Shown in pieces: positions 24,376 through 35,500 of a DNA stretch of 44,220 bases. The stretch spans positions 685,502 through 729,721 of the forward strand of contig WELB01000024.1 in NCBI GenBank assembly GCA_009602725.1, given 5' to 3'. This stretch comes from Spirogloea muscicola (taxonomy: Eukaryota). Position numbers and translations under genes: made by a program. Each line of letters begins with the position of its first letter. Position 1 is the first letter of the stretch. The notes under the pieces are model-generated. The model saw nothing but the letters and a program-made list of their open reading frames with translations. It searched no databases and was not told where the DNA came from.

Positions 24376-26054
24376 TCATGCTCGGAGCCCATGCCCAAAA
24401 GAGTAAGAGGCCATGCTGGTGCTCATCCTCCTGGCTGAATGAAGCTTCAGACCCGGCGAATTGCCAGCAGCGCCAATGGCCACATGAAAGGGAAGGAGAT
24501 GCTCCAGTGTGGGATGTGCTCGCTTAACTTGAGGCTGTTGCTCCAAGCCTATGAGAGCAGTTTCATAGTCTTAAGATGTTGACAAGCAGCTAGATACAGA
24601 GGTCAAGGTATTGACAAGCAGCTAGATACAGAGGTCAAGGTGTTGCACATTGGAATGCTTTGATACACGTACCAATTGCTCTTTCTTTGCGGTCTGAAGC
24701 ATCAGTGGTCTCGAGGGCTACAGCATCCAATGCGTCATCAAAAAGGCCAACATACTCTGGCACCTACACAGAGAGGTGCAATATGCCTGCGAGTTAGGCA
24801 GCTGCTGCGAATATTTATCGCCAAGAAACAGACACACAGTATTAAGGTCACACATGACGCACTCTTTGACAAGTATAGGGGGTATACTTCTCAGACCTTC
24901 TGATTATCAAGGTACTTGCGCATCTCCTGCAGATTATGCACTGTCGTGCCGCTGCAGATGAGTAACACTCCTTCGTCCCGCAGGACAGACAGGGCTTCTC
25001 CTATAGCCACATGGTCCCTCATTGAGCCTCCAGCCAACAACGAAAGCTGAAGATTGAGCAATTATGAGCACAACTTAGTAAATACATCCAATACTCCTGA
25101 GTGACTGGGTGATGTGAAGCACTAAGCCCTAGATATAATGCAGCTCTTGCTGTGAATGACTGAACAAATAAGCACCCGCCTGAGACACATCTCAGTACTG
25201 TCAATTTGACTTCAGAGCCGCAACTGACAGTAAGTGGCCGGTTGACCTGAACAACTGGAATGTCAGCCTGTGGGAGCATCACGTGCAGTGGGACCCATGC
25301 TCCATGATCCAAACCATGGGAAGCATCCTCAGTGGCAGCGATTCTCTTCTCAGGAGCTGTACGGAAGCCCAGAGGAGTCGTTGATCAGTAGTAGCTGTGG
25401 GACACTTGATCATTGCCTGCCAAGTCGCTATGTTCCTCCCAAGCTGGGAGTCGTAGTCAAGCTGGCCTAGGAGATGGGACCTTTGCTGGGTGAGAGGCAA
25501 CTGCAGTGAAAAAGATCGTATGATAATCTGTAGCCCCTTCTGATGCTTAGCAAATCAGTATACTGGGCACCCATGTACTTCTTCTCAACCAGCTCTCAAC
25601 AGTAATAGCACCCTACACGTCGGTTTGGCCGTCACATTGACCTCAATAGCTCGTCTGGCGACGTCAGGATGGCCGCGCGCCGGGTACTTGATCTTGTACA
25701 TGGCTGACGGAAAGCCGTAGAAGTCATGGATCACAGTCGTTGTGGCAGAGGTGTTCACGTGGATTGTGCCATGGGTCTCCCAGTGGGCGCTCACGACAAC
25801 AATCGCTTTTACATTTGGAAGCTCCAGCACCTGCCTCGTGGAAGAAAAGGCGAGGCCGGACGAGTCAGAGCGGCCTGATGTGCACACGAGGTCCTCGTGA
25901 AGAGGTTCACTTTCTGCACCACTGTTGTGGGAGAGGCACGGCAGCTGGCCCTCACCTGGCCGCCGAGCTTCGCAAGGAACGCGGAGGTGGGGCTCTGCTC
26001 CAGCGCGAGCATCGGCGAGCCGTGCGAGACGAACAGCACGGGAAGCTCCGCCAT
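24376..26054 (-). CDS. LigB / DODA-type extradiol ring-cleavage dioxygenase; one exon junction unresolved, possible pseudogene
   Basis: [88 protein letters not shown]...GAAG; stop at 24376. Confidence 0.9.
24579..24641. repeat. 32-bp tandem duplication in the last dioxygenase intron
   Basis: TTGACAAGCAGCTAGATACAGAGGTCAAGGT occurs twice, separated by one A. Confidence 0.9.
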
Positions 26055-26413
26055 GCTCGCGCGCCCGGCGCAGCCAGAGGCAGCCAGAGGCGCCCAGCCC
26101 AGCCAAGCCGGCGGCGGCGGCGGCGCGCCCGCGCACAAGGCGAGGCCGCGGCCTGAAGGTGCGGCGCTCCCGGCGCTGGCTGGCGACTGCGCGCGCCGCC
26201 GACTGCGGTGCCGCTGCGGCGCTATGAGCGGCTTGGGCGCAGGAGGCCGCCATGGCGGGTGGTGGGGGGAGCCTTCGCCGAGCCGGGCGTGGAGGTCGGC
26301 TCAGGAAGGTTCGACAAGGCGATGGCAGGTGACGACGGGGGCCCACGAGCAGCCGCCGTGTGCAGACCTCAGCGAGGCCGAGCAGACGGTGGGGTTTGGC
26401 TAATCCTACCATC

Positions 26414-26632
26414 AGAAGAAAGGGCTCGCCCATTGAGGATAGGGGCTGGACAAGCCAGCCCAAAAAAGAATGAACAAAGAACGAGAAGGGGGCCAGAGGA
26501 AGCCAGAGGAAGCGCTAAGAAACCAAAGCAGACAAAGAAAGAAAGCAGCTACAAATCACTCAGTAACCCCTGCTAAGCAGCCGCAAATCAGAGAGGCTAG
26601 GGTCCTGGAAGTGGGTCCCCTGGACAGAGCCA
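26414..26632 (-). mobile_element. 219-bp 5'-truncated family A retroposon with 21-bp target-site duplication
   Basis: GGTTTGGCTAATCCTACCATC at both 26393-26413 and 26633-26653. The insert reads DLRLLSRGY-stop (26560-26589), family A UTR, TTTCTTCT tail. Confidence 0.92.
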
Positions 26633-26686
26633 GGTTTGGCTAATCCTACCATCTGCTTCACATTCGCACTCCGGCTCCTTCAGACC

Positions 26687-27190
26687 TTGGGCTGGCTTTT
26701 TCAGCCCCTATCCTCAATGGGCGAGCACTTTCTTCTTGTCCATTCCCTTGGACTGGCCTTTCCCAGCACCTTCTTTCCCAGGCTCCTCCGTCATTTTTTT
26801 ATTTTTTCATTTGGCCCCTTCGAACCCTTGTCGATTCTTTTTGGGCTGGCTTTTCACAGCCCTTGCCGCCATTGCAAGAGCCACTTTCTCCCACAAGGGG
26901 CGAGGGCTGTCCACCAGAAGTGGCTCTGTCCACAGCCTCGCCCCCTTTCGGATGAGCTTGCTTCTTTTATTGTCTGAACAACGTATTGACTTGAGATGGC
27001 CACGCTTTCATGTGATGCGCACCGAAGAAACAGCGCGTCCGAGTCCTGGTGGCTGTGAGAGGCGAGCCCAAAGGAATGGACAAGGTCTGAGGGGGCCAGA
27101 TGGCGTAAGAAGCAAGAGACTAATTGCTAAGACGGCAGCAAGGGGGCTCTTAGTAACCTCTGGTCAGGAGATGCAAGTCGAAATAGCTAG
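26687..27190. mobile_element. Cluster of short retroposon 3'-end fragments in both orientations
   Basis: Family A end (26687-26735), GGGCTGGC-TTT-CACAGCCC variants (26736-26890), family C fragment (~26970-27030), and a minus copy with DLHLLTRGY-stop (27150-27179). Confidence 0.7.
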
Positions 27191-27199
27191 CACCGCGCA

Positions 27200-28560
27200 C
27201 GTTCTCTCCAATCTAAAGCCATTCCCGTAGATTGAAAGAGCTCACTTCCTCGCCATGGCCTCGCCATTGGCGGCAAGTCTCAGCGATGCCGGCCTGCGAA
27301 CTGGGGAGAAGGATACTCCCCCAGGCTGCTTCCAGCTGCAAAGTTACTCCGACTTGCGGCAGCTCTGACTCGGAGTTACTAAGCTCCCACTCAATGTAGT
27401 CATTTGCGTTGCTGTGTGGTCTTAGCACCTTCCGGCCCTTGAACCTTTGGACCTTTGGACCATGTCCAACCCTTCTGGCTGGATTCAACAGCCCCCCACC
27501 CCTTTGACAACCAACGCTCCATGCAACTCCTCCTCACTCCTTTCTCAGCGCTTGGCCAAGCACCGGACGAAGGGGCACAGGCAGGACTTATCGCTGCAGT
27601 CAAAAATGAGCGTCGAAAGAAGCTGAGGAGGATGCCAGAAATGAGGACCAACGCAAAGAGTCTGGCACGACTCATCTCTCTGGCAACACCTGGGGCTACC
27701 GACTGGCTCACGACTCACGCCATCCACAATGCCTTCGAGATCAGCGCCGAGGCCTACTGGACGCTCCTCCAATTGTTCCTTGGCCTGCCCCCCACCTGCC
27801 TGACCGGAGTATGTCTGTGTAATTGCGGCTTTCACACGGAGGGCGGAGACCTCGTTATGCATATCCTGCAATGTCCCACAGGCCCTGAAGCGGTGGGCTT
27901 TCAATGTCCACTACGTGATGCCCTGGCGGACTTATTGCGTGACGCCAGCTACCGCGCCATTGTGGAAGTGAACAACATTATGCCCATCAACACGGATGCT
28001 CAGGGACGCCATCACCATCGCACCCCAGACATTATGTGTGTACAACCTGGCGGAGGGCCACGAGCCTTGGTCGATGTGGTTGACGGAGGCGTACAAGAGT
28101 CCAGCATCAACCCACATTGCTGGCCACGCATTGGGAAGTGCAAGAGCGAGGAGGCTGCAGCACTACTCTGACTACCCCCGCAGTGATCACCTCCTACTAG
28201 TTGCAATTAACACCTTTGGCTGCATGGGTCCTCGTTTTCATACCCTACTTGAGATCATTGCAAGTCTCGGATATGCACAATGTGAGAATATGCCTCCAGC
28301 CCAGATGGGCATGCCGGCAGCCTATCTGTCGATTTGCGACGTCATGTGATAGCCTATTTGCAGCAAGCTCAGACTCATGCTTGCACTAGAAAGCTGGTCG
28401 AGCCTTAGCTGATGGCACGAGGGCTTGTCAACTGCCGTGCGGTTTTCGAGGATCAGTTAGCGACCTCTATGTGCTGACTCGTGGTTACTGAACGGGGTGA
28501 TGTACATGTGTCAATGCGCTTGAATTCGTACTTGGCCACTCAGGCCCTCCATTACTTGAG
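27200..28560 (+). mobile_element. Degenerate CRE-like non-LTR retrotransposon, C-terminal part (zinc knuckle plus restriction-like endonuclease)
   Basis: ARLISLATPGATDWL...LFLGLP, CNCG-x10-HILQC knuckle, LRDALADLL, RTPDI...LVDVV (PD..D nuclease core), then after a frameshift QHYSD...AINTFGCMG and KAGRAL...DLYVLTRGY-stop (28491). Frameshifts and stops show it is inactive. Boundaries are approximate. Confidence 0.85.
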
Positions 28561-28679
28561 TTCACACTCCATTCCCCTTTAGTATTGCCACTATCATTCT
28601 GAAACTGCTCCCTCTCGCCGCGGGCCTCCCCCCGTCACAGTATACATAAGGAAAGAAAGCATACAGCCGAAGGGGGAGG

Positions 28680-29349
28680 ATGCTGTAAAATGCCAGCCCG
28701 ATAATAAATGACAAGGTATATATGCACTTCAGAAGAAAGAGCTCGCCCATAGAAGAGAGGGGCTGGCAGAAGCCAGCCAAAAAGAATGGACAAAAGAATG
28801 GACTTCTCTCTCCGCCGAATGTGTTTATCTATGTGCCTACAGCGGGCCCAGGCGATTGCTTTGCATCGCCGGGCTGGTCGCGCCCTTAGATTTTTAGATG
28901 TGCTTGCCTTTGTACCTGGCCATTTGGCCTACATTTCTTTCTAATACACGATCTTTACCCTTGAAGCAGCCTCTGGTTTGCGCAGCGGGGTTGCTCTTCC
29001 TCCCCTCAGCTCATCTGACTTCCTACTGCTGACACGGGGGTATTGAGGGCGCCCTGTCTGCCTAGCCTTTGGCTTCGCCATGAACACCTGTATGCATCTG
29101 GCTGGCAGTTTACAGCCGATTCTTTGTTCATTCTTTTTTGGGCTGGCTTGTCCAGCCCCTATCCTCAATGGGCGAGCCCTTTCTTCTATTCTTCAACATC
29201 AGCAGCTGCTTTGGTGCTGGGCTGGGCCAATAACAGCTATCGCCCTCGGCTGGAAGAGAGAAGGCGCGCGGGGCGCATGAATTGAAAGAAGAAAGTGCTC
29301 GCGCATGAATTGAAAGGGAGGCCAATTCAAGCCAATACATTGTTCAGGC
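28680..29349. mobile_element. Cluster of retroposon 3' ends upstream of CHLH2
   Basis: Minus copies at ~28680-28716 and 28731-28803, UTR copy ~28888-28960, plus copy DFLLLTRGY-stop (29017-29046) with family A end to ~29192, and a minus family C end at 29253-29349 carrying a 12-nt insert with 16-bp TSD. Confidence 0.8.
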
Positions 29350-29542
29350 TGGAAGAGAGTCTCTCGCTGCGCGGCCACGCACGGAGGCTCGTGACTCCGC
29401 TGCCACCATTTAGCTCCGCCAGGTCGCGCAGCCTGCGCTCGCGCAGCCGGAGCCGCCCGGGGTGCCCTCGCAGAGCGGCCGGCGGCCACGGCGCCTCTGC
29501 CTCGAGGCGCCGGAGAGCCGCCGGCATTGCATTGCGCAGCCC

Positions 29543-32500
29543 ATGGCTGCAGCGGCGGCGGCTGTGCCGGCCACGTCCAGATGTGGCTACCGCCTCGGCC
29601 GCTGCTCTGTGGCGCACGATCGGCGCGCCCAGCCCGCCTGCCGGGCGGAGCAGCTTAGCTGGCGGCACGGTGGACAACAATTGGGGCGGCCGGTCCGACT
29701 GAGGCCCCTGAAGATCAAAGTCCGGGCAGCCTGCCATGCACATGTTCCTCGGGCAGTGCTGGCCGACAAGCCAGCGGCTGAATCCACCCGGGCGACGGAT
29801 GCTTCGGATGAAGCAAGTCCGATTAGCAATCCTGCAGGTGTGGAGGACGTGACACTGGATAGTACCGCCATAATTTGCAGCAGCAAGCACTGCTCAATCA
29901 GCACAACATTATATTGCAGGGATAGCAATTTGTTCGGGGTAGGACCAAGTATGTACTTTGTGTCCTCTAGCGCCGCTCCTACGCTCTACTGTCTGTCCGT
30001 CACGTATTTACTGCACAGCATGTCACTGCTCGCAGAGTTGTTCATGGCTGCCATTGAGGCCTCCGAGGAACTGGCTCAGGATCTCCAGCACAAAATCGAT
30101 GCAAAGATGTCCCAGATACAGCAACTCCAGGAATCCATTGACTTTCTGTACAGCGATACCTTCTCCAATGTGCCCGTCAAGGGGAAAGGCCTAGCTGCAG
30201 ACGAGCGACAGGCCCAGGAGGGGTTCACAAAGGTCTTCAGTGAAGTAGATGAGGGCCTGTGGATGGAGTTGGGCAGGTCTGAGCCCTTGGTTTTGAAGGC
30301 TCTCATTGGTGAGTAGCGAGTCTCTGCGCACCTTGAGGGTACAGGCTGTCAGTGTTCTGTCAGTCAGGGCCCAAATATGCCAAATGAATGCATCATCTCC
30401 AGTGCCTCTGCCTGACAACAGATGGCAATGTCCATGTGATGCAGCACATCAAACCCCATCTCTCCATATTCTTTGAGTAGTCTTTCCTGTTACAAGCATG
30501 ATGTTGTGGTGTTTCGACCACAAATACAGGATTGTGTGGCCTGCCTACATACATGTCAGCAGCCAGTGTTGCAAGGCCATGCTTAGTGAGCCCGTGCTAA
30601 GACAACTGGATACCCTTTGGTCTACAATGACAGGCTCGGTAGACAAGGCCAAGTGGGCAGAATTCCAGAGGCAGATCCACCCAAAATCTCTCACAAGAGA
30701 CAGGGCACGCAAGGTTTGCCTCCCCTACCATTCAAAGTATGACATGCAGACAATGCAGAAGACATATCCTGCACTCATTGATGTACATGCCGCTTGTAGA
30801 TTTGCAAGTCTAAGGCCGGGATTGCTCCGTCTACAGTTGCTGTGCGAGCAGGTTGCAGCTATCTACCAGCCTTCTACCAGCTGATGAAGTATGAGACATC
30901 TACTCAACTCCTTTGCACACTAACTTTGGCTATCGTTTCAAGTGGAGCAGGAGTTGCTGCTGCTGAGGACTCAGCTTGAAGAGACTTTGGCTATCACAGC
31001 AGCGGTGTGTAGTGCATGCCTCATGACACCCTGCTCTATCTGGCACTACGCATAAAGCACTCCATCCGGCTGTTCAGCTGTCTATGGAGTTGATCAGCCC
31101 AAAGCTAAAAACCAGCAACAGAGGAGTGACAAATGACAGTCCTCTTCGCATGTCCACAGCCTATCAGTGGGGACGATGTGGGTGATGAAGCTGACAGTTG
31201 GACCAAGGATGGCAAGAAGCAACAGGCGGGTGCACATGGCTCAAGAACAGACAGGCTTTCAACACCGGAGACAAACATTGTCCTGATTTCAGGATTTGAA
31301 TCGTTCAATGTTGAACTTTACAAGAAAGCTGGGGCTGCTTTCACTTCTATCTGCCCAGGTGGACTGCCGTGGAGAAGAATGTCCAGATCAGTCAGCATCG
31401 TCATGGGTGCCTGTAGTGTTCCTTGTGTGATATGGCTGCCTCTCTTGAACCACGATTGGTGTCTTCACAAAGCAAGTGCTTTGGAGGAGAGACAGATTGA
31501 TGTGACTCTCTGAAGACTGGATGCCGCGCTATTTATATCATTTGACAACCTTGATGTTTTCAACTAAACTGCAGATGTCAAGGTTCACATCTTCAGTGAC
31601 AGAGACCTTCTAAGCAAGCGCCAAGAGGTGTGGCCTTTATCCAAGTCACTCCTGTAAGTCTGTGATCTACTAACAGGTCCTTGTACCTTTGTGAATGTCA
31701 AGCATCGACTCAACCTGACCTTCCTGATAGTGATGTCTTTGTAAAGTGTCTACACACCCTACAGCATAAAATGTACACCAATTATGCCAGACGCCTACCT
31801 TGTGTGCTCTGTTTATTGTGCATCTTTCCCCTGACAGGTAGAAGCAAAGTTGGCCCAAGCAGATGTCTTCTTTGGTAGCTTGCTCTTTGACTACGACCAG
31901 GTAAGACCAGCAACCACCATGTGCTCACCCAGCATACCATAGTTCGTGTAGATCAGCCCCCCTCAAATCCAGATGAGCATAAGTGGAAGGAATACATTAC
32001 GTCCTGCTATGCCAGAAGAAGCAGATTGCTTTGTCTACGAGCTCCTATGTCCTTGTGATGTTGAGCTTGCTGATTTCTTCTGCAGCTTAGGTAGCTTCTC
32101 AAGGTCACCCAAAAGTCTTCCTTACTCTTGCCAGCATAGCATCCTCTTTCAGGCAAGTGCTTGATATGTTAGCTTGTCTTGACTGGTGCCTGCAGTGTGA
32201 GTGGCTGCAAGCAAGAGTGGATCACATACCAGTTCGCCTCTGCTTTGAGTCTTCCCTGGAGCTGATGTCCACAACAAAGATTGGCAGGTGCTCCTTGCAA
32301 CTGCAACAGCACCCAAATGCTTGGATCTTACCTCCTCCCATATGGCACCGACTTAAGATCAATGTAGGCCTATGGGAGATGATGAAGACCTTCCCTTTTG
32401 CAGTGTAGCTCTTGAGATGGTATATGATACTCTGCATTTCCCACTTTGATAATTCCCGAGTCACCCAGTACAAGAGTAAGTAAGATCAATGTAGGACACG

Positions 32501-35500
32501 CCAAGCAAGAAAGGTCCACTGACTGAAGGGCCTGCCTGCTGTTCTGAACACCTGGGGCCTCTGCAACTTGCGCTACAGCTTCACAATGGGTGGTAAAGAG
32601 CAGAAGAAGGGCATGCCTGCTCCAATCAAAGCAATCCTTGCCAAGTTTGGGGGAGGAAAGGAGGAAGACAAGATGGTCTTCTTTCACCCTATATTCCCTC
32701 TTCCTTTTGTCTGCCATACTTCTCTTCATGATGCATGTAAGCTATCTTTGCATCCTCAGCGTGCAATCAGTTTTGCAGTGAGGCGTTTTTAGATGTAGTG
32801 AAGCAAGATCGTTGTCTGTACTAGGGTTCATCTATGACACAAGTGTTCTCTCATGCGTGACCAGGTGGGCTACTTGAGCTTTCTGAAAATTGGGCCAAAG
32901 CTTCTACGATTTGTTCCTGGGCAGAAGGTCCGCGACCTGCGTAATTGGCTCACAATCTATGGGTACTGGAATCAGGTGTAGTGCCTGAACAACTCGCTGC
33001 TCACTTGCTTCTAACCTCCAGATACTCTTCGTGTAGACGCTCTTGTGATCAAGCAGTACTGTCTGATTGATACCAGTAACAGTGTACCAGAAGAGATGCT
33101 GCAGCACTCAGGAGTCAGCTTTTCGTTTGAAATTCTGATTGTAAGCATCGCCTTATTTGGTGCTAAAATTGACTTCAAAGATTTTACAGGGAGGCATGGA
33201 AAATGTGATGAGCTTGTTCAGCTATCTGGCGGCTGAGTACCTTGGCAAGACTGGCTTGCCTAAGGTCACCGTGAAGGAAACTCCAGCCCTGGGAGTCTAC
33301 CATCCTGATCACGGTCTGCCTGCATTTCGCACATCCGCGACCTTGGACTGCACTTACTTTAAGTATATTAAGCAACCCAGGAGGCCAGTCATTGAGGAGC
33401 CTCTGAAAGACTTGAAGTCGAAGCTATCTGACTACGTTGTGAAGTAGGTCTTGAAGGGCCATAAAATGACTGGCCTGAGTGTCTGCTTCTTAGTGCGAGA
33501 ATCTTAGTCACAGTTGGTCTCACCAATGTCTTACTGATGCCAGGGGATTACTTCACGAATGCTCAGGAATACTTGAAGTGGCACAAGAGTTTCTCAAGAT
33601 TGCCTCAAAATGCCCCAGTGGTGGCTGTCCTGCTATACAGAAAGCATGTCATTACGAAGCAAAACTACATACCCCAGATGATCCAGATGTTTGAGAAGGA
33701 AGGCATCCGGCCTGTCCCCATCTTCATTAATGGCGTGGAAGCTCACACGGTTGTCAGGGATTTGCTGACATCAGTGCATGAGCAGGTAATCATGCAGCTC
33801 AATCTAGTATCCAAAGGATAATTACGACATTGGGCGAGTATGTAGGATGTACCGACCATCCTCTTCTTTGCCTTGCGCTGAAGGTTGTGCCATATCACTT
33901 GCCACAAACCCTGGTTTTGAGCACCACTTATGCAGGAATCTAGGAGGAATGGGATAAAGGCAATAACGTCTTTAAGCAAGTCTGCTGTCACAGTGGACGC
34001 AATTGTCAGCACGATAGGTGACCCACCACTGACAAGTTCAAGGGCCCTGTACGAGCATGAAGTGATCAGCTGCTGCGATGAAGCAAAGCAATGCTTGTCT
34101 CCTGCTATTTTGTCCTAGACTGCTGGAGATTGTTGTGGTCTGTTAAGTTAGTCAACATCACAGTGATGTATGTGTGCATGAAGACTATGCCATGTTTCCC
34201 ACTTGGTTGCAGGTTTCCCTCTGGTAGGTGGGCCTGCAGGCACCATGGAGGGTGGACGGCAGGCAGAGGTATATATTGCTTTATTCTGCTTCCCTGCAGT
34301 TTCAAGATTATCATACTGCATACATCGCTTTCACAAACACCCTATGACAGGTGGTCTTGTAAGCGTTGCTGGAGTGCTGACTAGGTACTAATCGTACACT
34401 GCATGTTCCAGATTGCCAAGAGCATTCTCCAGGCGAAAAATCTTCCGTACATTGTGGCGGGGCCCCTCCTGATACAGGACATTCGCAGCTGGCAGAGGGA
34501 TGGTGTGCAGGGACTGCAAAGTGTTGTCCTTTACGCCCTGCCGGAGCTCGATGGGGCAATAGACGCTGTGCCTCTTGGTGGGCTTGTTGGGGATGGCATA
34601 CACCTGGTACTGACTCGCTTTTGGTCTTTCGCATGCTGAACGGTAGCTGTCTGGGACTCGTCTTGCTGTGGCAACAACTGTGCATCGGTTGTCTTCTGTA
34701 GCAGAAGTTGAGAGGATACATGCCTTTTGATAATTAGTCAGTCAACAATTCTGCTTCAAGCACGCGCAAAGAGGGCAGAGGAACACCAGGTGGTGTGCTT
34801 TGTATGCTTCTTGAATTCGGGGGGCAGGGGTCCCGGCTTAGCTTCAAGTGAGCGACACTGCTTGCAACACATATGCAGACTCTGAGATTGCTATCAGATT
34901 CCTCAGAGCGTTGAGTATGTCTACATAGTCATGGCTGTGTAGGTGCCTGAACGGGTTCGGAAGCTTACGGCGAGACTAAAGAGCTGGGTCAGTCTGAAGA
35001 GAACGCCAGTCTCCAGGCGAAACGTGAGATCCAATAGACAGTCTGGCGTGCAGATGGATTTTGCCAAGCTGGTTCTGGTATATGTTGTGCTAGATTACAG
35101 ATGTGTGCTTGACCATGTCCATTCCATACCTCTGAGAAGCAACTTGCAGGAACGTGAGAAAAGGCAGTGCTACTGAATCTGTTGTCTCATTGTTGTGCAT
35201 ATCAAGACTCCTTCCTGCCTTAAATGTGCAGGTTGCCATTGTTCTGTACGGCTTTCCTCCCGGTGTGGGAGCAACAGGCACAGCAGCACTGCTGAACGTG
35301 CCAAAGTCGCTGGAGAGACTTCTGCAGAGGCTTAAGTTGGAGGGGTGAGTGCAATGGTCATCCAAATGTATCATCACTAGCCAGATCGTTGGATGATTGA
35401 TTGTTGTCGCTTATCTCCAATCGCTGGCCTGCATAGTATCTTCGGTGCATGACTTATTGCCTTGTCGCTCATTAATGTACAATGGGATGCGGATCTTGTT

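Noticed and set aside
17985..26054. Shikimate kinase plus dioxygenase as a betalain or aromatic biosynthetic cluster
   Set aside because: An unrelated rRNA methyltransferase lies between them, the dioxygenase has the general LigB-type HPxxEH motif, and no tailoring enzymes are nearby.
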